Below, piece by piece: positions 1 to 10,900 of a DNA stretch of 64,000 nucleotides. The stretch comes from Leidyana gryllorum EB-2025a. Taxonomy: Eukaryota; Protista; Apicomplexa. The position numbers and the translations under genes are program-made. The stretch is taken from assembly GCA_048772705.1 (NCBI GenBank), contig JBLWGC010000036.1, forward strand, positions 1 through 64,000, given 5' to 3'. The number at the start of each line of letters is the position of its first letter. Position 1 is the stretch's first letter. Below the pieces are notes generated by a model that made no database searches, was not told where the DNA came from, and saw only the letters and a program-made list of their open reading frames with translations.

Positions 1-27
1 CAACCCCGTTGGTGCCAACTTGATCCA

Positions 28-696
28 TCATGGCCTCGACAGGGCCTTGAGTAATCTACCAATGTGGGTCATAGTTTGAGACATGTTGCTCGCGGCTGGA
101 GTGTTTACCCTCTGGAAGATGAGCATCATACGTTCGAGAGCTTCCTCGTGTTCGAGTGTGGTGGCGAGCTCCCATAAGGGCACCAGCACTGCACTGACGA
201 TTTGCAGGGGCGGATCCAATATGACCCATTCGGCTACTCGCCATTCGGGAGGGAACTGTCTGGTGACCAATGCAGCTTGAATCACTTTGATAGATCGGAT
301 GACGTGTTCATCTATGGTTGCACCTCGACCACTACTAACGAGTATTCGTAATCCATTGCAGGTTGCCACAAGATCATTCACAAACTCATTCTTCAAAACT
401 AACAAGGCGGCCGCTGCTCGTTCAGCCTCGGCTTGATCCTCCTGCTGCTGTTGTCGTTGTTGATTCGCGTTCCCTTCCGTAGTCTCGTCTTGTTCTTCCT
501 CCTCTTCTTCTTCGGCCATATCTTGATCGCCATTTGACGATCTGTGTTCACTCCTGCCCGGTGGCGAGTCGTCGCCATCTTCGTCGTCTTCGACCAGTCT
601 CTGGCCGCCGACGGAGGGCGCAGGACTGGGAGCACCGCCACTACTACTGTTGACTGGACTCTCGCCATCAGAATCATCAAAAAGCCCAGGACACAT
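28..696 (-). CDS. Hypothetical protein with acidic/Gln-rich disordered N-half and helical C-half
   Basis: Open frame 28..804; first ATG at 696 (MCPGLFDD); no family recognised. Confidence 0.5.
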   Translation of the reverse strand: MCPGLFDDSDGESPVNSSSGGAPSPAPSVGGQRLVEDDEDGDDSPPGRSEHRSSNGDQDMAEEEEEEEQDETTEGNANQQRQQQQEDQAEAERAAAALLVLKNEFVNDLVATCNGLRILVSSGRGATIDEHVIRSIKVIQAALVTRQFPPEWRVAEWVILDPPLQIVSAVLVPLWELATTLEHEEALERMMLIFQRVNTPAASNMSQTMTHIGRLLKALSRP

Positions 697-807
697 TACA
701 CTACTGCTTCTCGAATCCAGAAGTGAAGGCTCGACAGCTATTCTTGGCGCTGTCGCCTCGACGAGAACGATTGGACGGTGTCTCGACCGGCAGTCGATAA
801 GCACAGC

Positions 808-3254
808 TCATCTAAACACAGTTTCATCGTCAACACTTTTTCCACTCACCACAGGACTGCCATCGAGAGTTGATGGCCGGAATATATCGACCCTTTCCCT
901 ATCGTCGCTTAGCTTATTCGCCTTGCCCCATTTACTCAGCGCAAGCAGAGCAGCCTGCTGTACCGCGGGAGAGGTGGAACGACAGTAGACGCGCAACGAA
1001 TGCTGTCTCCAAGTGTCCGGAAACTGAGCTTTCCATTTATACGGCAGCTTCAATCGTGCCGCGTCAATGTCATTGGGTTCGTAGAACTGTACACTCTCCC
1101 AGGGAGAGTGTTCGTCGGTACCATAGTCATGGTGAGACACTGCGTCAGTAGTCAGTTAGTCGATTTGAGATTGAGCCCCCTACCATTGATTATCAGATCG
1201 TCAGCATTCAATTTACAGTGCTCAGCTCGCGCGGCAATCTGCTGTGCAATATCTTTCTGCTTTATCGTCGCGAGTTCTTCTTCGGTCTGCGCAACGTATT
1301 CTCCCACAAAGTGATAGAGCGTTCTGTGATCTAATCGGTCCATTATACGTTTGGCTCTGCGTATGAGAGATGAATGGAAACGTCTGCCGGGAGGAAAGAG
1401 ACATACCGCTGCAGTCGGGACCAGTTGTCGTGACCCAATACTGTTTCCTCAGCATCACCGTGTGTTCTATGTAAACACTTAATCCACTGAGCGCAAAGGG
1501 CAATCTGCCTTATCAAAGACATCCAGCGAGCGGAAACGTACACTCAACAGTCTGTCATCGAGGGTGATGTACTCCTCGACATCGTCGAGAGCCTCTCTCA
1601 TCCGGAAGATGGGCTGGACTTCGTCAAGGATATCGCCAACCTGAGAGGACGAGACTCTGTTTGAGAGGTCACAGCCTCCCCCCTCCTCACCATGTAGTTG
1701 ACAGCATCTGTCTTGCGATGGCGATATACTTTGCCAAACATTGTATATCGAGCGTGATAAAATTGGAAAACTTCAGCGTGCTCCTTGAACGAGAAGACTA
1801 TGCTGCCCCCGACTACATTGGAAAAGTCCATCATACGACTCGGGTCGAATTGGGGGAGCCCCTGTGCAATAGCAGCATCTCTCCGCAGATAGTCGAACCG
1901 ATCGACATCACATCCACATTGCTTATTTGCTGTCAGAGACTGTAAGAGGGCGCGAAGCGATGCTAGAATTCACTCACCAACGATTTGGGTGGCTATCGAT
2001 TCGAGCTGTGCGTAGGCGTCATTTTGCCAATCAAAAGATTTAGCATACACCCGATCATTCCACTGCGAGCCGACCATCGCGGCTTTGATCAATTCAGCTG
2101 TTCCCAGCTCATCCATCAAAATCCCCAGACGGCTTCCGCTCGCATCCAGCATATAATCAAAGAGTTTGAGTGACATGCTTTCATGACACCACTTGGGGTC
2201 TGGACACGGAGGATGAGCAACATAAACTGTTATGCTCACCAATCTTGCGAGCAAAGTGACTCTCAAATGTATGACTAAACGGACCGTGTCCAAGATCGTG
2301 ACACAGTCCAGCAATGCATATGGATTGGCTCAACGCTTGAGTATACCGATGGTTCAGATTCACACCGATCTTCCTATCAAGTCGTGCGCGTCCGCGGTGG
2401 TGAGCCCTTTTTGCGCCAGCGACTTACCCAGCCAGACTCTCGAACCAGGCTTTCGCCAAGTGACCCACTCCAAGACTGTGCTCGAACCGGGTGTGTTGGG
2501 CATTGGGAAAGACATAGTGAGAGAGACCCAATTGTTTGAGATCTGACGAGCGCGGAAGAGTCTTTGCATCGAGAACGGGAAGAAAAGCTTCCCAAGCCTG
2601 CCTCACCCCGTAAACGTTGCATCGGCTTTTGATCAATGACTGCCTCATACACTGGTCGGGGGAACAATAAGATCCCGTGAATCTGGGAGGAGAGCATCGC
2701 TAAGTTGGAGAGGGCCAGCAGCGGAGGCATACCTTATCCGCGCATCTTCGCATTTCTTTATCGGTTCTGAACTTCCGCTGACTGCACACACGCGTGTTGG
2801 CAACAACAGATTGGAGGGACAATCTGTCTTGGAGCCGAAGGTGTCCGAGGGGGCCCTCCGAATTGCGGGACAAGGCGAATTCCAAGTCCGGGAGATCCTC
2901 AATGCCAAGCGACTCCAATATCGGGAAGAGGTGGGACACCCCCGCTTCAGCCATAGCCTCCTCGAAGGGATTGTTTGATGCCACCTTTTTAGTTAGTCGT
3001 TGACGATCAATCACGGATAACTGGCATGGGCCCGGCGAAGAGTGGGAGAAATCAACTCCCGATAGGATATGTCGTGACCGGAGAGGTCCCTTCAGCAATA
3101 CTTGCAATGGAGGAGTCTGGCTTCACGTAAGATGGCACATGTACTTACTTTGGGACTTGTTCAGCGGAGAGAGTCCATCCCCGATCAAAGTATACTGCCA
3201 TTCTGGCTGGAGTCTCTCCCTGACACCACCGAAAGTCAGACGCTGGTCACTCAT
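808..3254 (-). CDS. SAMHD1-like HD-domain dNTP triphosphohydrolase with a putative N-terminal SAM-like segment (multi-exon)
   Basis: Spliced exons give DKIHG..IDQKPMQRLRDLKQLG..VFPNAQHTRFEHSLGVGHLA, IAGLCHDLGHGPFSHTFE, WCHESMS, NKQCGCDVDRFDYLRRD, HARYTMFGKVYRH, DYG..SPWESVQFY..LRVYCR, collinear with SAMHD1-family motifs; GT-AG introns restore the frame. Confidence 0.9.
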
Positions 3255-3278
3255 AGACAAAAAAAGTTGACAAGTGCC

Positions 3279-6200
3279 ATGTCTGAGCTGGAGGATGGTC
3301 AGCAGTCTAAGCGAAGGAGGTCCGAAGCTGACGACTTGAGCGCTTTCCTGCCCAGCAATATTCCCGAGGAACAGCCGGCGGGAGCCAGTGTGACTGGCCC
3401 GTCGGAGGGTCCTCCAACTAGTCTTAGCCACGTGGCAGCAGGTGTATCTCTGAGCACGACCACTCTGAACTTAGAGTCTGAGGTTCTTGAGCTGCGGAGA
3501 GTATTGATAAGTCGCGATTCCGAGCTTCGTGAGTCACAATGGGCCCGAGAGCAAGCCGAAGGCGCCGCTCGAAGGTGTCAACAAGAGTTGCACGGTCTCC
3601 AAGCGAAAGACCAACGGCAGACAGAAGAGATAAATTCATTGCGGACACAATTGGGTCAGCGTGAAGAGCAACGCCGCTCTGAGGCTCAGCGAAGAGAGGA
3701 GTTGGAGTCGCAACTCAACCTCGAGCGCGATACCAACGCAACTCGCATGAGTGCCTTTCGGAATGAAATCGAAGCCTTGCAGGAGGAAGTTTCTCGACAA
3801 GCGGCCCAATTTGCCCGAGAATCTGCCTCAGTGGTCAGTGACATGGCCATGGCGGAGAAGAAATTCATGAGTCTCCAATTTGCCCACACTCAATTGAAGG
3901 CAGCCTATGACGAAACACTGGAACAAAATCAAGCATTGCTGAAACAAGTCACCGAGCTACGAGCAAATGTTGCAGACCGCGAAACCGCCCTCCAGACTCA
4001 GATCGCTGCCTTGACGCAGGCCAAAGGAGAATGCTCCCGTCTACAAGAAAAGGTCGAGCAGCTTCAAATGGAGCTAAACAATCTCAAGCGCGAAACACAA
4101 CCATATTCCCGAAGAAGCGTCCTTCTGTCTGATGCCCTCCGTACAGCTGAATCAAGTCGCTCGGAGATGCAGTCTCTCCGCGAACGCTGTGAGTATCTCG
4201 AAGCGCAGAACGAAGCATTCCGACAACGGTACCGTCATGCCTCCACCAATGATGAACAATTGGTAAGTCAGCGGGAAGGGATGATGTGTCATCATTTGTG
4301 CCAACACAGTTAACCGAGGTGGAGGAGGCGCGGACGCGCATTGTGTCTCTCGAGAGGTCCCTGGCTGTGAGCAACAAGGCGGTGGAGGCTCTTGAGGAGC
4401 GGGCAAAGGCACTCGAGGGCGAGCTGACACAGTCCAAGCATGAAGCAGCTCGCTTCAAGCGCTTCAAAGAGACCCTTGAGGACCAAGCGACTGGCTTGTT
4501 GCGGAACGCTCAAGGCTTAGGTGGCAGGAATCCTCGAGACCTCTTACAGGAATTAGTGTAAGTTCCATTATCGCTGCTATCTATGTACACCACGTCCGTC
4601 GCTGCTTCCAGAGAGATGAAAGAGGCTTTGAGAGTGACCGAAGAGAGGTCAACTTTGGCCTTGGAAAAACAAGGCCGCGAGCTGACCGAAAAGATGAAAG
4701 AGATGGAGGAGACCGTTGCCGAGCACAATAGCCACAAAACGGCCATTATTCAACAGCTTTCTGAACAACAAGCCGTGCTGCGAACTCGATGGTAGGCAAA
4801 GGAGGCAGAGACAACTATCCACTCAACCCCTCTCCCCCCCGTCAGTGAGGAGTATATGCAACGAATCGGCGCTCTGGAAGCGGATTTGGCGCGTCAATCG
4901 GCATCCGAGAGACGTGTCACCACCGAGCTGCAAAACGCCCAGGAGGAACGAAACCGCCTGCAGCAGAGGGTAAGTCGAAGAGTGTTTGCCGCACAGCGCT
5001 GTCCACAACCGCTTTTCCATTCTCCAGTTGGAGTCGGCGAGTAATCAGGTGAAGCAGTCCCACGCAGCGACTCAAGAGGCACAGTCGGAGAAGTTACAAC
5101 TGGCAATGGTCGTTGCAATGAAGGACTCACAGATCAGCTTCCTTCAATCTCAGTACGACAAGGAGGCCGAGAGGTCGTCTCGTTTACTCAAGGAGATGGA
5201 AGAACTCACGGCCGGACGACAGAGTGTGCAGATGGAGTTAGCTGAGACTCGCAGACAGATTCAAGAGGCTATAAGTCGCCGCGAGGCAGTGGAGGTTGAG
5301 CTCACACAAAAGAAGACAGAGCTGAATCAACTTGAGTCCGCCAAGAGCTTCGTTGAACAGGAAGCTCGAGCTCTCCGGGAGGAGTTGGTCTCGGAAGGGA
5401 AGCGCTATAATGAAGGCCGACGTGTGCTGGACGAACAAGCGGTCAAACTGGAGGGATGGCTGCGTCAGACGCAGGGCGAGAATGCCACTCTGCGAGAGAC
5501 ATTGAAGGAGAGAGACATGGACTTGAACCGCCGCAACGAGACTCTGCAATTGCGTGAAATGGAGTTGCACAAGGCAACACAGACCTTAGAGGTGCTCAAG
5601 AATGAGCTCCAAGCAGCTCAAGCGAAACGCACAGAGTTGGAAAGGGACTTCTCCGTCCTTCAGGCCGAGACGCAGGAGAAGGAACGACAAATGCTCAATC
5701 TGCGCAAAGATTTCCACAGCTTATATGAACTGAGTAATATTGCCAACAATTCGGGCAACAATACTCCCCGGACGTCTGAAGCTGGCTTAACACCCGCCTC
5801 GTCGAAACGCCCATCATTGGCACCTATTTCGACGATTATAGATCCTGTGAATCCGGCCACAGCTGCAACGGCAGGCCAGAAACTCATTGAGTCTCTCCGG
5901 TAAGTCTTGCGACCCTCTCTCTCACCTCATTTCCCCCTCCCTCTCTCTCAACAGCGACCAAATCGACGATCGGGATCGGCGCATCAAACAGCTGGAAGAT
6001 GCCTATAAAGAGTTGGAGAACGAGGCTGAACAAGTCTTGAAACCACAGATCGATCGACTAAAGGAGGAGCTCGAGACTGCTGAGAAGAAGCTCGAAGTTG
6101 CCCACGGCTCTGTGGCCGAACTCGAGAGACAGTTGCAGCAGGAGGTAAGACTGAGGTGCAAATCTGTCTGTCTCGCACACGCGTGTCTTTAGGGCAAGAA

Positions 6201-7778
6201 TAGCCACGCGTTACGCGCTCGCGTCGAAGAGGTCGAGGAACTCAAGACAGCCGCCGAGACGCGGGTACTCGAAGTGGCCAGTAAACTACAAGAAGCCCAT
6301 CAGAAACTCGAGGAGATTGCCAACAATACACGTCGTACCGAAGAGGAACTTGAAACCGCCAGAAACAGCTATAGAGCTGTTGTGCAAGCGCACGCTGCCG
6401 ATATGCAACAAGTTGAATCCACCAATACCGAGAGAGCCCGTTTGCTGGAGTCTATCGAAGAGGCCCGTAAGGATGTCGACAACATCAACAGAGAAAGAGC
6501 CAAAGAAAGGTGAGGACTCAATCAAGTTGGCCTCCATCCAACTCTGACTACCACACACTTCAGAGCGGAGTTTGAGAGGTTTATGTCCAAAGCTCGATCT
6601 GACCACTCTGCCCTTCAAAAGGCCTACGATGACCTTCAGCAGGAGTTCAATACTTTGGCTCCCAAGTTGCTAATGTAAGACCCACATCGCGTACCCCTCC
6701 ATCTCCCACTCTCTCTCTCACAGGGCCGAACAGTCAACAGAGTCGAACACCACTGAGACTGTGCTGCAAATTCAGTGCAGTCAGGCGATCAGACAACGAG
6801 ACTCGCTGGCGGTAAGTACCCTATTTGAGACAGTGCCTTACAAAACCTTCCGAATACTTGCAGACGGAGGTGGAGGCGCTGAAAATTGATGCAGCGCAAC
6901 TGAGAGCCCGCAACAGTGCCGTTGAAGCCACTCTGGAGCAGCTGAGGGGACAGCTGAACGAGTCTAACAAGAAGATGGGAGAGGTGAGTCATTGATTGCC
7001 CAACTGTGACATTTGACGGCACACCTTCTGCAGTTACGCCGCAAGATGGCCGCCCAAGCCTCTATTTACGCCCCGGAGGTGCTGTTGGAACGCGCGACTC
7101 TCCAAAAACAGGTGGAGGAGGTGGAAGCTGAGAAGGTGGCCCTCGAAGAAAAGTATTCGAAACTATTAGCCGACCTGAGTGAGGAGAGAGCCGCACAGAA
7201 ACCGATCCGAACAGAGTAAGCGTTTCTCTCTCTCTCTTCTGAACACGAATGTGCACAGATTGACCCAGAAGGAGTCAGAACTGAAAATCATGAAGGTTCA
7301 GGTTCTCAAACTTCAGAAGGGAATGGATATGCTGAACGAGCAATACCAAATTGCTTTGGCTTCACACAAATTGCCGGCTGCTCCTCCGGAGAAACTCAAA
7401 ATACCGGATCAAGCTGTAAAGGATCTAACGACCATTCTGCGACAAAGTATTCGATATGCGCTATTGGGCAGCTTGATGATCCGAGTACGACCAGGCGCTC
7501 TGGAGAAAGGCGCTCCTTCCATCTTGGCCCCATCAGTATGCGACGCGAGTCGCAAGCGGCCCCGTAGCAGCGATGACGACTCTGATCTGCTTAACCCAAC
7601 GCCCAAGCAACTGGTCAGACGGCCAGACCTCCCACATACGGGAGGCGACTCGAACACCGCCTCAGACCGATCGCGACTTCAAACGCCGTCTCCCCCCAAA
7701 GATGGCGCAACGTCGGGAGGGGTGGGCTCCCAAACCGTGGCAGCTCCACTTCAAGGGGCCTCTCATTCAAGTGCCTAA
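3279..7778 (+). CDS. Long coiled-coil protein, probable Tpr/Mlp1-type nuclear basket nucleoporin (multi-exon)
   Basis: Over 1000 aa of heptad-rich sequence across about 11 exons; ARNSYRAVVQAHAADMQQV (~6358-6415) resembles Tpr AQNKYERELMLHAADVEAL; disordered C-tail with RKRPR NLS-like motif. Confidence 0.6.
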
Positions 7779-7862
7779 ATCTTGGTGTGAGTCAGTGATC
7801 TTTCATCGCGAATGTTGCGTCTCCACGATGAGATTGTGTGGAGCACGGAGACAGAGGAACGA

Positions 7863-7888
7863 ACACACACACAGACACACACACACAC
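7863..7888. repeat. Interrupted (CA)n microsatellite between convergent genes
   Basis: acacacacacagacacacacacacac. Confidence 0.85.
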
Positions 7889-7992
7889 CGCCACCACCCC
7901 AGCACGAGAAGTGACAGCGTCCACCCCTGCTGCCGTGAGGTCGAGTCTTGCCTCCTTTGCCGCCTCCACGAGAGCTCGCCGCCGCTACTCAA

Positions 7993-10900
7993 CTATTTCC
8001 CGCCTTTGCCCTTTCGTTTCTGTTCCCGATCTATCTTATCTTGCTTGGCTTTGCGCTTGTTGTCCATGGCCCTGGCGAAAGAGAAGACGTCCTTAACAAA
8101 TTTGGCTGGTTTGAGCTTGGCAACGGACTGATCAGTCTCGCCGAACAACTTGGCGACTGTGACGAACAGGTCTTTGACGTTCTTGATTGCTTCCCGCAAC
8201 TGAGGAATCTCGTTCGCTTTATCTCGCATGAAATCTCCTATGATCCGCTCTAAAGGATCTTTGTCAGCCGATGATGCGTTCGTTTTCGACGCTGTGTCCT
8301 GTGCCTGCTTCAATCTGGTCATCCCCGCTTCCAAGGCATTGATATTCGTATCTATCGCATCAACATCGACCTTGTCGTCCACCGCTTCACATGCCACCAT
8401 TTCCTCCCGCGCCTTCAAACACTCTCGATCATGATCCCACAGAAGCTAAAACACCAATAAACCGAAACCACGATATACACACACACAACCTACATCGATC
8501 ATGTAATCCGTGAAGGTGCGAATGGGAGGGGTGGTGGTTTTGATCGTATCAAGCTTCTCCAGGACATTCAACTTGAACCCTGGAATATCCGATTGATTCA
8601 GAGTATTGCCAACTTTGAGAATAGCTAGTAGTAGTGATCGGAACTTCTCTGAGTCTCTAATTGACTTCAATGCAGCCGTCAATCGATCCGTCGGCATTTG
8701 TATGTCCACCACCGCCGAGTCAAAAGCAGCAATGTATTGAGCAGCCGCCAAACGCTGCCGCATCAAGGGTACACCAAGCATAGCCGCCACAAACTGCTCT
8801 GGAATATCAATCTTTGTCAAGTCACCCCCGGCCTTGATGTATTCCTGCACCGCCACCTCATCCTCTTTCTCTGGCAGAATCTTCTCCAAGACACCCATAT
8901 CCTCAACACTAAGTTTCTGCAAACCCACTTGTCCCCATCTGCTGCCCACACGCTACACTCACAGTCGTATCCAAATCCAAGACTGCATCCCTCAGTTCCA
9001 AGAAAGTCATCTTCTTGAACTTATTCAAAGCAATGTTCATATTGTAGTGACGCTTGCCATCAGGGATAACACGGATAGCCTGAAACACACACACACAATT
9101 CTACTCGTCCTGTGCAAGTCTCCCAACCTACCGTTACTTTTGCTGCCTTCTTCTTCGCCTGGTCTCCATCTTCAGCCTTTTTGGGCTGAACGACAAATGT
9201 CTCCTGGATATCAGACAATGGTAAGTTCGAGAAGTACTCATGGAAAGCATTCTGGAACACTGTCCCCGAAGGGTCATCAATCGGATCCCAAGCCAATCTC
9301 TTCGGCTTCGCCTTCACCGGTGCCCCTCCTCCCTTCGATGCCCCCTTCTTGGGTGGTGGTCCTTTCTTCGGGGGAGGTGGCTTGCCTCCAGGACCTTTGC
9401 CGGGGGGCCCGGGTTTCTTCCCTGGTGCCCCAGGGGCGCCCGCTTTGGGAGGAGGAGGCTTCGCTCCTGGAGCGGCTACCGCCTTAGCTGCTCCTGTGCC
9501 AGCTGCTGGAGCTATGCTGGCTTTCACGCCGAAACTCATTGGCGCATTCTTCTCTTCAATCTCGAGTGTCACGTCGTCGTCCACCATGTCAGAGGCGGCT
9601 AACTGAGTAAGGACATCCGGGTGCAGCAGTTCCATCACGCCACTGCCAAGCAGTGTTTGCACATCTGAATACTCGAGATTCTACCGCATCGTCTTGCCAG
9701 GGCCTACCACTATCAGACAATTTCCCACCGGCTATACCGGGAGGCATGCTCACAGCGACAGCTCCAGAGGCAGTTTGTGTCAACTTAGGGCCACCAGCCG
9801 GTCCTTGAGCGTTCGCAGGCGCTCCGGGAGGCCCACCACCTCCTCCGGTATCGCCACCCGGCAAATGAAAGGCGATTGGTTGATTCGCTACCATCGGTAA
9901 CCCTCCATATGTTGTTGTGCCTTCTGAGGCTTCCGGGACTGGGGGTGGGGGGGGAGGCTGGCTTCCGCCTTGAGCACCAAGCATGTTCAGCCCTCCACCT
10001 GGCATACCACCGCCCATCATTCCTCCACCTAACATACCGCCGCCCCCCATCATCCCTCCACCTGGCATACCGCCACCCCCCATCATCCCTCCGCCCAGCA
10101 TACCGCCACCCCCCATCATTCCGCCCCCCATCATTCCTCCACCTGGCATACCGCCACCCGGCATACCACCGCCCCCCATCATTCCTCGACCTCCCATACC
10201 CCCGCCCATTCCAGGGCCACCTCGACCCCCCGCGGCTCCAAAACCCGCGCCCATTCCACCAAAGCCGGTCGGTCCAGTGTCGTTCAAGTATGGCAACCAA
10301 ATTCCTACGTCCTGCGCTGACAGTGTCGGAAGACCCACCTGGCCTGGACCGGCCCCTCGCCCTCCAGTTCCTTGTATTGACATTTGTGGAACGAACGACC
10401 CACCAACTTGAGGCATCTGGCCAAGTGGACCTCCACCAAAGGCATGAGTCTGGGCAAATTGCTGACCCTGGTTCAGGGCGCCGCTCAGTGTTGGGATAGC
10501 CTGATTCATTGCTGGGATAGGAGGTGCTTGCTGATTGATCTGAGGTTGCGGAAATGGAAAAGGCTACTAAACAGGGCTCGGAGGCACGTGGTTAATAGCA
10601 TGCAAACACAGGGAAGCGAAAAGTGGTAGAGAGCCGGAGGGCAGCAAAAGCATGGCTGGCCTCGGCTAAGTTTGTGTGCCGCACACAAGGTGGGCACGCC
10701 GCACACTTGGTGGGCCATTTGGGAAGGTCTTGGGACTGGGAAAGGGGTGTCTACGGTGTGTATGAGCCGTCCAGGCGACATGACGAGGCAGAGGGACCCT
10801 ACCGTGCGTAGACTCTTTTTGGTAGACCATAGACCATAAACGATATAGCTGGACTGACTAACGCCGTTTCACCTCATTCCCCCCTCAATGGGATCTTACA

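Noticed and set aside
808-3254. Fragmented ORFs suggesting pseudogenes, frameshifting or stop-codon reassignment
   Set aside because: The breaks examined are resolved by canonical short GT-AG introns; TAA, TAG and TGA all end conserved genes in this window
9983-10411. FH1-like polyproline ORF on the strand opposite the formin (possible inverted FH1)
   Set aside because: GGN/ATG codons automatically give Pro/Ile on the other strand; the Gly/Met frame splices into the FH2 exons and no inversion breakpoints are visible
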